DNA of 20,000 nt, from positions 45,942-65,941 of the forward strand of contig VRMN01000026.1 of the NCBI GenBank assembly GCA_008690995.1. Direction: 5' to 3'. Numbering within the stretch: position 1 is the stretch's first letter; each line of letters starts with the position of its first letter. Source of the DNA: Porphyridium purpureum. Taxonomy: Eukaryota. This document shows, in pieces, positions 9,701 to 18,373 of this stretch. A model generated the notes under the pieces. That model was given only the letters and a program-made list of their open reading frames with translations, did not search any database and was not told the origin of the DNA. A program made the translations under genes and the position numbers.

Positions 9701-10185
9701 TCGAAGCCTGCAAGCAAGGAGAAAATTCGGCGCTTGCCGTACGAGCTTTGACACGCGAGGAAAACGCCGTTGCTGGCGTTCATCTTGACCGCTCCACGAA
9801 TACAATACGGCGCGGCATTTTTCTTGACGGACCGCACTTGTCGCGGCGGTTTCTCGCCGAACAGAAGACACAACATGATGCCGTCGTCCGGCAAGGCCAA
9901 AATCGGGATGATGATTCCATCGTTGATATCATTTGTGACGGAGAGCTCACGCGCGGATGGCGCCACGATCTCGGAGACAAGCAACGCGTTGTGCAACGCA
10001 GTGGCGGAAACAACCTGCTCGTCGCGACTGCTTAGCCAGTCGGCGACGGCGGGCGTGCGCAGCCACCCAAAGTTTTCCAACAAGACGCTCATTTTGTTCT
10101 CGCCGTTGTGCACGCTTCCTATCTCGCTCATCCCGGCAGGCCGATACGGCACGCGGCTCCTCGGGACGGGCTCGCAATCGGTCAT
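6760..10185 (-). CDS. Large C2H2 zinc-finger protein, probable transcription factor (about 1141 aa)
   Basis: Three C-terminal fingers: CKYC...HIDVVH, CHYEGC...HEKIVH, CDVC...HVKTMH (about 6780-7030). They follow a Gln/Pro/His-rich disordered region. KKRK is NLS-like. First ATG is 10185; the track start at 10227 is GTG. Confidence 0.9.
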   Translation of the reverse strand: MTDCEPVPRSRVPYRPAGMSEIGSVHNGENKMSVLLENFGWLRTPAVADWLSSRDEQVVSATALHNALLVSEIVAPSARELSVTNDINDGIIIPILALPDDGIMLCLLFGEKPPRQVRSVKKNAAPYCIRGAVKMNASNGVFLACQSSYGKRRIFSLLAGFDDAVHTESLMLQARDGGSGSSLIACTEGREGRHAGVEAVKSWQVVARARDFMPRVCPFCHYVEAEVCSCPPALRQRAFKGLVSINMGSVGNDANATVDTGSSSTLPLNRSASNREPLEFGAVGTTFDWLQFRERYTRALSGRRVALSSLISETGCVLRENSYSVIGSDWYEAAFAQRLAWAVPCEPKLSAKLGTMEDRAFSSKCRFMYFITAFETKYTRVLGTPNSTNGNNCLESGRSTDVGQPLDGLQQAKKRKSTVARIFAGDADMDVCVERALVKSPSQGEPTILPATESTEQAERTCAMEHLSHFSSLSAVDDCDVQLFRKSSDVTVHENGQSSVSDFPTRNFPATEEDQIVARSSKRMKVSDSGEQIVSASQVYPVATGFFRGAGLPSLLPHPGRGEGDDMGLEPIPVVPVRDEHRETSQPPMEGPARWQSPELFQGLGASDRLSFSSSTQNGERGRARSQSSLLRGLGVSPIHARSGAPYAQGPTPAFSSFPERTSDTLRLQGCRDATPGYFGQTQWMGPGDQPMPASWAGENAGVYKQGFVDTWGSSRPPVRGESMQSPGEFVDPAARYIGAPFESLARLGSSDAPRHGSSLSHESGRQCTWPNQALLDSHQSFNPSMVDPVLQPHPVHWVHPLSQPHSGHSSQVPPHQQQPSEYGAPSSWNANVSHGLHASGTSERGVRPLYQSGGQPGLMVGSDQMAASSGEGAWEALRSRSHSPIHSEMQPQAQPQTQPQTQRQMQPQAQSGYRHHVPLVSHAGLTLKVGAPQLGQRFNQDAGTGTSSAEFSAHQREQQQQQLHQNDYWQQQYQWHRQHEHHQGPHPQTELLHRRSSPQPQTSLHLPLLQQSKVGSFAQPHLDVGDLSGSAQTAPKEEVVTKRLPDGSSVFSCKYCEVTSNRRSNLRRHIDVVHHAVKRFRCHYEGCDQVFSLKQHAQTHEKIVHLRARNHQCDVCQMPFSTRSNLRKHVKTMHTPTPDH
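7452..7520 (-). repeat. Imperfect 12-nt coding tandem repeat encoding QPQAQPQTQPQTQRQMQPQAQ
   Basis: Plus strand shows repeated tgcgtctgtggt-like units within the zinc-finger gene. Confidence 0.7.
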
Positions 10186-10586
10186 CGCATTGCCAGCTCG
10201 CTTGCCGTTCAACTCTGCGGCACCCACCGCACTTTCACCTACACGTCGCCCCTTATCAGTGTGCGGGCGAGACCTTGCGCCTGCTTATCCGCCGCACAGC
10301 CTCGCTCCGCCCTATTCTGCGCCCGTGATTTCTCACACCTGTGGCGCGCGCGTGAGAACATCTTTCCGGGTGAGCTGAGCGTGCGTGTGTGTTAAGCTCT
10401 GCGGACGGTCCCTCCAACGCGCATGTGGGGTGTGAGCGTTTGTTGCCAGACTTCGAACTTTGCATCACAAAACCACGAAATCAACCCCCCCTTGAAAAAA
10501 AACACGGAAAATTACTTTTTCGCAGTACTTTTGGAATTTCCTTCTTCCCCCCTTCGTCTAGGACGTCCGCACGCCAAAGGTGAGTC

Positions 10587-10611
10587 GTGTGTGTGTGAGA
10601 GAGAGAGAGAG
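10587..10611. repeat. Compound microsatellite (GT)n(GA)n
   Basis: gtgtgtgtgtgagagagagagagag is read directly, about 400 bp upstream of the zinc-finger ATG. Confidence 0.85.
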
Positions 10612-11955
10612 GGAGGTCATGACGATGCTGGTGCTGGTGATAAGATGATGAGCATAAGCGGTTCTGCGCGACGTCGCGGTTGCAAGTGTCGCCGCTCACC
10701 ACAGCCCTCATTCCAATCCACCTATCCGCCGACAGCTGCTGAAACCAATGAGTAAAATGAGCGGAATGAGCGAATGACCACATGACCTACTGCGTGTGTG
10801 CCTGATAGGGCGTCGAAACTAGAGACAGGATGGTGAGGACGCGCGTTCCATTTTGTGGTGCTACACACGTTCGTGCTCACTCGCTCACCCTCCTCCCCTC
10901 ACTCCCTCCTCCGCATCGTCGCTCTTTTGCGGTAGCCTTGGGTGAGCAGAGCGGCACATAAACATTAAGGATCATGTGTGCGCATGGTGTCCCCCCCCCC
11001 TCCGTCGTTCCTCCCACGTTCGGGTGGGTGCGTGCACGTCAAATTGCCGATGAAATCAAAACGTCTTGTATTCTACGCCGACTCACACGGCCTGACGGAA
11101 GCTTGGTTGTTTGGTTTCAGCTCATGACGTGGAAACACACGCAAATGCGCCGGTCGCAGCGCGCACGCAAAGCACTCGTACAAGCGTGCCGCTTTTGGGG
11201 GTGTGAGCACTGAACACTATAGACGTGCACTGTACTCTTCGCACGAGCTGGCGCGCGGCCACGTGTGAGCGCTCGCAGGCCGCGCAGAGAGGCGCGTTGC
11301 GCTCGGACTACACGGTGTGAGCGGTGGATTGAAGCGCGAGTCGTGCACCGGCGTTCTGCTCACGCAAACAGATGGCCGCGTCAGACCGGACTCTGGCTTT
11401 GTATCTCGAAGCAAGCCTGCATCGCCGCGGCATTCGATGACGGTGTGCGCCGATTTGCGCGCAGCTCTCTGCACAAGCCTGCTCTGCAGCGAGCGCACAG
11501 CACACGAGGGGCACTTGGCTTCGATTCGGCTGGTGATGTCGCACGTTCTGAGCGTTCTATGCAGTGGCGCGCACGCTACCACAACGCTGCACCCGCCGTG
11601 ACCGCGCGTCCTGGTCGCACCCACGCGCCAAAGGCTTCAGCATGCCTGCGTTGAAGACAATTCCTTCTTGGAAGATGATTTGTTCCACCAGACGTGCATC
11701 CAGGTCAAGAGCACCTTCGCTTGCGCAAGTTCTGAAATAACGGAACATGCGGGGGAGTGTGCGGACCGTGGGAAGGAATAGAGCTGCTCGAGGCCGCCAC
11801 TGGCATGATACGATAAATCTTCATGTGGGGACCGCCAGCGACGCGGGCAGGTGGCTGTGCACTTCTTGGCCCTCTCGCTCTGCGGGTCGAGATCACTCTC
11901 AAGTGCCTGCGATTGCGGGTCGATGGATTGGTGATCGACGTGGACACGCGCACCT

Positions 11956-11999
11956 AGATAAAAAGAGCGCGCGACATGCAGAGCGCGTTCTTTTTATCT
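11956..11999. repeat. 17-bp inverted repeat with a 10-nt loop
   Basis: AGATAAAAAGAGCGCGC (11956-11972), loop GACATGCAGA, GCGCGTTCTTTTTATCT (11983-11999). 16 of 17 pairs are Watson-Crick; one is G:T. Confidence 0.9.
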
Positions 12000-12347
12000 C
12001 TGTGAAAGCGGCGCGGTTCTACTTTGCAGAGGACAGATGCTCCGCCGGATGGAGGAATATAAAAGCTCGCCGGCTACCCCGGCAACGACGGCGCGAGGCA
12101 CGGCTTGCGACCGCCGTCGTGACAGAACATCTAGGCCCCCGTCATCGAGAAAGGAGTGGAGCAAGCCAGGGGTAAAGCAAGCAAACCAGCGAATCATTGA
12201 AGACGACGCTGTGAGTGACAAGCAAAGTCCTACCTGTGAAACTGACAGGGTGCACCAGCAAGCTGGCGCTGGGTTTGGCGGTGTGGCAAGGGACTTGAAA
12301 TTGTGGTGACAGTTGACTGCTGGCCGACCAGTCATACACCCGTGAGA

Positions 12348-13799
12348 ATGGTGCGAGCAGGCTTCATCGCCGTGCTTGCAGTAGCTTGGCTCGTTGTGTC
12401 GTGGAGTGTTGCTGCCTCACACGACGAGTACGCTGCACCGCGCAGTCAGTACGACCCTCGAGACGAGCACGGTTATTCCGACTACGGCCGTCCTGGATAC
12501 GACTTCTACGCTGGACCAGAGGATGATCCGTATCTCTCTGGCTGCTGTACGCAAGAAGAAGAGAAGTGCGGGTACAAGCTTGTGGAAAAGGACGTTTACT
12601 GCTATACCGCGCCGTTCAGATACCACCAGAGTGAGGGCGCGTATCATGACGAGTATCTGTCACATGCACATCATGCAGGAGACGGAGCCGTCGGCCGAGA
12701 GATTGATCTTTCATATGTTGACAGCCTGCACAAGTCTCGCAAGGAAAATCGCGAGGAATATGCGCTCGTTCAAATCCTGTACAAGTGCGCGAAGCTTGGC
12801 TACAAGTTCGTGCCAGAAATCAAGTATGACGAATACTGCGAGCGCACTGACTCGGTGTGGGGCCACGACGGCGAGTGGCACGACGTAAGCTACTTTGAGC
12901 CATGCGCAAAGGTGGTACCCAAGAGCGTCGCGTATGAATTTTTCGGCACGTGTTCGCGCGAGGAGTACCGCAAGATTGACGTTGCATTTGTCAAGGCTAG
13001 CGACCCAGATTATGGCGTCTTTTGCAAACCGCACTTTGTGTGGAAGTGGCTGTGCGAGTCGACCCCTGAACAAAAGTACTATGTTGCCGCCGATGATGCC
13101 GCTGGCCTCAAAGTTGATGGCGGTGTGCCCGTGAATAATACCCAGCAAGCGAACGACGAGCTCATCTTTGATGGAGGCATTCCTCCTGGCCAGGACGGGT
13201 CTGGAAGTCCCGGCAGCGGTGGTTCGGATGGAGGTGCTGGTCCAGGCTCTGGTGATGGTGACGGATCTGGATCTGGATCTGGTGGCGGATCTGGTGACGA
13301 ATCTGGCGGCTCAGATGGTGGGAATACAGACCCATTTGGCCCGGGGGGTGAAGATGGCGGCCTTGCAGGCCCAGATGATGGCAATGGCGAGTCGTCTGCG
13401 CCGGGCTCCCCAGAAGGAGCAACATCAAACGCAAGCGCGTCAGGGTTATCAGGTGGCGCAATTGCAGGAATCATTGTCGGAGCTCTGGTAGGCGCCGCGC
13501 TTCTTTTGGCTATTGTGTTGTTTGCGTACAAGAAGCGACATCCGGGCACTGACGATGGCACTGGACAAGACCCGGAAGCAGCAGCCACATCAGCCGATGG
13601 AACTCAGGAGCAGGCCTTTGTTGAGCGCGATGAAGCTGTCGCCATGGATGCGGGAGAGGCACAAGCACCCGCGGCGCCGCCTGGTTCTCCCGCCCTTCCG
13701 GAGCGCGACCCGCAGCCGCAGCCGCAGCCGCCAAGCGATCAGGATTTTGGAGTCGCTCATGGAGACGTTCGCACTGAGAATGATGCGATTGCTGCGTGA
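12348..13799 (+). CDS. Type I single-pass cell-surface protein with a Cys/Tyr-rich ectodomain, Gly/Ser/Asp stalk and acidic cytoplasmic tail (about 483 aa)
   Basis: Signal peptide MVRAGFIAVLAVAWLVVSWSVAA, 10 Cys in the ectodomain, GSGSGGGSGD linker, TM helix GGAIAGIIVGALVGAALLLAIVLFAY, then a KKR stop-transfer. Confidence 0.85.
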   Translation: MVRAGFIAVLAVAWLVVSWSVAASHDEYAAPRSQYDPRDEHGYSDYGRPGYDFYAGPEDDPYLSGCCTQEEEKCGYKLVEKDVYCYTAPFRYHQSEGAYHDEYLSHAHHAGDGAVGREIDLSYVDSLHKSRKENREEYALVQILYKCAKLGYKFVPEIKYDEYCERTDSVWGHDGEWHDVSYFEPCAKVVPKSVAYEFFGTCSREEYRKIDVAFVKASDPDYGVFCKPHFVWKWLCESTPEQKYYVAADDAAGLKVDGGVPVNNTQQANDELIFDGGIPPGQDGSGSPGSGGSDGGAGPGSGDGDGSGSGSGGGSGDESGGSDGGNTDPFGPGGEDGGLAGPDDGNGESSAPGSPEGATSNASASGLSGGAIAGIIVGALVGAALLLAIVLFAYKKRHPGTDDGTGQDPEAAATSADGTQEQAFVERDEAVAMDAGEAQAPAAPPGSPALPERDPQPQPQPPSDQDFGVAHGDVRTENDAIAA

Positions 13800-14162
13800 T
13801 GCCTCCATCGCGGTCGATTGAACAGTGACTAAGACCGAGGCCGTGCATCGCGGGCCTGTTTCGAGTTTCGAGAAGCCAGAACAAGTAGCGACCTGGCTGT
13901 GCAGCGGCGCGAAATGCGCACGCGAGCAAGTGAACCAATATTTGTAAGTGTCGGTGTGTCATTTGTGCACGCGCATTTGTTTGTAGCATAAAGACGCGTG
14001 TCTAAGACTCCCTCACTCTTTCGGAGCGCTGGTTTCGGATTCCGCGAACTCGAGCCTCACGGATCTCGACTTCGCGTACTTCATTCAACGCGAAACAATT
14101 AAGAGTCGCCGAGTTCGCGGCAGGCCGTGAAGCTGAAACATCACGCGGGAGACTGGTGTGCG

Positions 14163-14507
14163 ATGGGAGAGGACGGGGAAAAGAAGGGGGAGCGGCAGGC
14201 GGCGACAGCCGACCTGGACCGCGTGACGGATTATGTAGAGGACCGTGAACTAGACGCGGACAGGTTCGCATCGGTGCAGAAATCGATGGACGCCATGTTC
14301 GGCAGCAGCGCCGCGGCCGCGGCGTCGCGCAAGAGTAAAGGTAGCAAGGCCCAGGAAGGGAAGGAGCTGCATGCGTTGAAGGTCGCGCCCGAGCACATAA
14401 AGCTAGTCATGGAACACCTCGAGCTCGATGAGCCGGCGGCCGAGCTGGCGCTTAAGCGCCATGGCGGCGACGTGCGCGCGACGCTGCACAGCTTACTTTC
14501 GATGTAG
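14163..14507 (+). CDS. HYPK: Huntingtin-interacting protein K-like (NatA-associated chaperone with C-terminal UBA-like domain), 114 aa
   Basis: ADLDRVTDYVEDREL and KVAPEHIKLVMEHLELDEPAAELALKRHGGDVRATLHSLL are typical of HYPK. ATG is at 14163. Confidence 0.85.
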   Translation: MGEDGEKKGERQAATADLDRVTDYVEDRELDADRFASVQKSMDAMFGSSAAAAASRKSKGSKAQEGKELHALKVAPEHIKLVMEHLELDEPAAELALKRHGGDVRATLHSLLSM

Positions 14508-14571
14508 GAGCGTGTAGACGACATAAAATCACGGCAAAAGCGCGAGTGCGTCTCCATTCTGTGTATTGATA

Positions 14572-16597
14572 CTAATATCTCTTGCTGCCGGAGCGCGAGC
14601 GTGAAGAAGCGTCACCCGATGCCGCGCCAGTGCCACTGTAGCTGCTTGATTGCTTCGAAAATGCACGAGTGATGAATGAAGACTTACTCTTCTGCATTTT
14701 GGCAAACTGCGCCTGGCTCATTCGCTCGATCAGAATTCGCGCTTGCTGTGCCAGTTCGGGATCGTCTTGGAAACGCCGCAAAATACCGTCAAGATGGTCT
14801 TCGAGCCGCTGCCCCAGCAAATCTTTCGCGTACGAGTCGGTCAAATTCACAAGCGCCGCGCAGCCGTGCATCTGAATGCCATGAATCTCTGGGAAACTGA
14901 TAAGCGTTGAAATGAGCGTATCGGCCATGACCGAGCGAACTGCCGACTTTTTGGATTCACGCACCTGAAACGCGAGGTTTCGGAACACGCGGCAGCCCGT
15001 CTCCTGGACGCTTGAGTTCAGATGGTGTAGTTTCATCACTCCCGCCACAGTTTCTACGCATCCGCATTCGACCGCAAGTTTTTCATTTCTGGGGCTCAAA
15101 TACAAACAGTTGCTGAGTGCAAGCAGCGCGTTCAGCGTTGGCAGCGGCTCAATTTGCAGTCGCACGATACACATCTTGATGACTTCAACGGCACGACAGC
15201 GCGCCATGCGGTCGCGGTTGTCCTTGGTAAACGCCAGGTAGCGCAACGTGATGCATCCTTCCGCGAGCAGCGTGATCTGCGAATCAAATTGGCGCATCGC
15301 TGCCGCAATGACTTCGATACCGCCCATCTCACCAATATGTTGCTGCATCGGCGCGCTATCGCACGACAGTACACAAAGCGTGCGAATCGCTTGCTCCATG
15401 AACTGCATGAGTAGCCGCAATTCAACCGCCTGGTCGGCAAAACCGCCCTTGACCGCGACCATCTCCATATTATGGATGATCGGTGCCACCCCTCCTGCCT
15501 GCACCACATCTGACTTGCAATCTGTGTTTTCTAGCGCGTGGTGCTCGATCACTGCCATGCAATTGTTTTGAAAACCGACAATCGACCGAACGGAGGACGC
15601 TGACGCCGTGCTTGATTGCTCCAAACGCCACCGCTTCATTACATCCACCAGTAGGCCCATAACACCTTTTTCGAAGAACTGTGACTCGATTTCGCGGGTC
15701 AGGGGATGATACGACGGATGGGGTCCGGCCTCGTCAGTGGCCCCATCTAGGGCGGACTCCGCAAATCCTTCGCTGTTATTTTCATCTCCCTTTGTGCCTT
15801 TCGTGATACCTCGTTCTTCGCTTGCGCGCAAAGAGCACATCACGAGCGACCCAATGAAAAAAACCACAGCCTCTGCCATGGAGTACGAATCTGCGAAAGA
15901 GTGTGCTGCTGATACGGCCAATGCAATGGCCCCGTCTCGCACGATTTCTAGAATTCGTTCATTCTCGGCCCGTACCGAGTCAAACACGGTCCCGAGAAGC
16001 TTCAAGCCAGCGACTTGCGTTGTTTCGTCCAGCCGATGCGTTGACATGGCGAGAACTACGAGAGCCGGGCCGTCGCCACGAATAAATTGCGTTGCGCTGG
16101 CCACGCTATGCTCACAAATGGAGCGCAGGTTTGAAATGCAGCGCTGTTGAACGTGCAAGGTCTTTGCGCCTACATCACTCTGCATGGCATCTACGGCAAC
16201 TCCGACCAGTCCGTCCGAGGGCGTCGCGGACGGGCTCAATGTCGCGGGTGAGCTGCGAGACGTTGTTCGCTGCGCGGCCGGAGGACTGGTGCCAAACGCC
16301 TCATTTGCGTCTGCATCTGATCTTATGCGCTGAGCACTAGACTGCGTACGCCAAAGCGGGATTTGCGCCGGCCTCTGCTGCGGTTGGAGCGCGTCGCCCT
16401 TGTTCAGGAGACCACTGGAATAAGCTTCGGATGCCGCGGACTGGACGGAGCGTACGGAATCTGCATGCTGTGCTGCAAATCTGACGCCCTGTGGAGACTT
16501 GTCCGCATTTTTGAGGGTCACATCGTTCAAATTGAGCAAGCTGTCCACAGAGTCGGTGACGCCAGGGTTGCGCGGGTTGGAAGATGCAGCTGCAGCT

Positions 16598-16628
<31 letters not shown>

Positions 16629-16917
16629 GAGCATGTTGCACCACCAGACTACTCAAAGACACGGGTCCTCGCGGTGGCGAGCGCACATGATTAGCGGCAG
16701 CATTTGCATGACTGCTTGTCCGTCCGGGAGGCGACGTCGGCCCGGACGACGTCTTTCTTGTCGACATGCCACTGGGCGGCTTGGCGCCGTGTCGGGAAGG
16801 CTGCGGCGGCGGCGACTGGACACCCGCTGTTGCATCATGCACCCTACGCCCGTTTATCGGGGCATGCAGCAGCTGTCCCGCAAAGTCGTCGTTGTCGTCG
16901 TCGTCTTGAATCTCCAT
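14572..16917 (-). CDS. Armadillo-repeat protein with a disordered N-terminus (781 aa)
   Basis: Recurring ARM-like units: GDGPALVVLAM, AGGVAPIIHNM, MGGIEVIAAAM...GCITLRYLA, CGCVETVAGVM...VQETGCRVFRNLA, IQMHGCAALVNL. Confidence 0.85.
16585..16626 (-). repeat. Coding trinucleotide repeat giving a 14-residue poly-Ala tract
   Basis: Nine consecutive GCC codons followed by five alternating GCA/GCT codons in the ARM gene. Confidence 0.9.
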
Positions 16918-17251
16918 GCTTCACGCTCGCAGCCATGTCCCTCACCGCACCCCGTGGCTCGCGCTCAGCAGCACTGCGCACTGACACAAGAATGCTGCAT
17001 TGCATACCAATTATTCATTCCAAACCCAGGTTCCGTGATGGCATTTTAATGCAGCATTTCCATGACCGCGTGTACACTTTAGGTGTACTTGGGTGTACAC
17101 GGGTCAGTACGATGAAAAATGGCCAGTTTGGGTGGGTACAGCTTGATTATGTTTCCAGGCGGTTGAAAGTTGAAGCCGGACAACGTTTTTGGCGTTTGTC
17201 GGTTGATGGTGCGTAGAGGCGGCAGGGAGGAAAGAGGGGGATCCTCAACGC

Positions 17252-18373
17252 ATGCGAACGATGGGAACGATGGATGAGGGAACGGCCGCGAAGAATGAGA
17301 CTGACAGTGGTGCGGCTGACGGCGTTACCCCGCGAGGAGACGTGAGAGAAACTACGGCGAAGAAGGAACGGGCTCGACACCGGCAGAACAACCGACGCCG
17401 CAGTAGCAACGCCACACCAAACGCGGGCCACAATGGTGAGCACGCGCACTCGCGTGCGCTAAATCAAGCTGCGGAGAAGGCCAGGGCTCATGAGAACCAG
17501 GGAACGGAGCGTGGGAGGAAGAGTCAGGCAGCGGAAGTGGCCCCAGACGCGGCGCTGCCAGAAAAAGTGCCAGGCGATCCGCGGAAGATCGCAGGCGCTC
17601 CGTTGGGCAAGGCGCAGCTCGCTGCCATGGGCAAAGGAGTGCAGTACGGGCGCAACACAGAGAACTTTGATCCCGCATCGACTCTTGTCCGCCCGTCGAT
17701 GCGCATTTTGGTAGGCAGCCCCTCGGCTGAAAAATACGATCGCCCGATCAAGCACGACGATGTGGTCATTGTACCCGAGTTCTTCTGCGCAGAAAATGAC
17801 TGGTCTCTATACTATACACTGATTGAAGAAATGACTGCCGTGCAGACTGGCGCAAGAGAGCAAAAGGGTAGTGAGTGGATCAGCTGGCACGAAGGAGCGC
17901 ATTTAATCTGCAAGAACCCCACGGGCAGCAAGACGTTTGCCATGATTCAGGACAGAATGGGCGACTATTTCGGTATTTCAAGGAAGAGCGTGGGCACGCG
18001 CTTCAATTGGTATCGCGACGCATCAGACTGGAAGCCGTTTCACCATGATTCGGCAGCTTTCAATCCACATCGCGCGAAAAACCAGAACTGCACGGTCGGC
18101 GTGTCCTTCGGTGGCGAGCGCGAGCTGGCTTTTTTGCACGCTAAGGACCCCGACATGAAGATCTATTTTCCCCAGAAGAACGGTACTCTGTTTTTCTTTG
18201 GCCGTGACGTAAATATCAACTGGAAGCACGGCGTCAACGCGCTGTCTTACGACGAGCAGCTAGCACAGCTGGGGAAGGGCCGCATCTCCATCATCCTATG
18301 GGGACTCGCAGCGAATTGCGTTGACGAAGCGGGCTCGCCGCCCATGCTTCCGTACTCAGGACCGCGGAAATGA
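17252..18373 (+). CDS. AlkB-like 2-oxoglutarate/Fe(II)-dependent dioxygenase
   Basis: NWYRD, HxD (FHHDS, 18041-18049), TVGVSFGGERELAF, distal His (WKHGV, 18227) and RISIILW. Low-complexity N-terminus. The start could be 17252, 17261 or 17270. Confidence 0.85.
   Translation: MRTMGTMDEGTAAKNETDSGAADGVTPRGDVRETTAKKERARHRQNNRRRSSNATPNAGHNGEHAHSRALNQAAEKARAHENQGTERGRKSQAAEVAPDAALPEKVPGDPRKIAGAPLGKAQLAAMGKGVQYGRNTENFDPASTLVRPSMRILVGSPSAEKYDRPIKHDDVVIVPEFFCAENDWSLYYTLIEEMTAVQTGAREQKGSEWISWHEGAHLICKNPTGSKTFAMIQDRMGDYFGISRKSVGTRFNWYRDASDWKPFHHDSAAFNPHRAKNQNCTVGVSFGGERELAFLHAKDPDMKIYFPQKNGTLFFFGRDVNINWKHGVNALSYDEQLAQLGKGRISIILWGLAANCVDEAGSPPMLPYSGPRK

Noticed and set aside
10645..10742. Possible C/D-box snoRNA: ATGATGA at 10645, CTGA at 10739, and ctcattccaat complementary to an 18S segment as I recall it
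   Set aside because: The putative guide is not next to a D or D' box, the terminal stem is weak, and an 11-nt rRNA match is plausible by chance. A snoscan or small-RNA-seq hit would revive it.
11956..11999. Reading the hairpin as a bacterial rho-independent terminator
   Set aside because: The context is eukaryotic, no gene ends here, and the T-run is part of the stem.
10974..12339. Several overlapping 63-142 aa ORFs on both strands of the long intergenic region
   Set aside because: Arg/Ala/Cys-rich random-like composition, often non-ATG starts, and no motifs.
13195..13325. GGATCT/GGT repeats as a non-coding array or CRISPR
   Set aside because: They encode the Gly/Ser/Asp stalk of the membrane protein and lack repeat-spacer structure.
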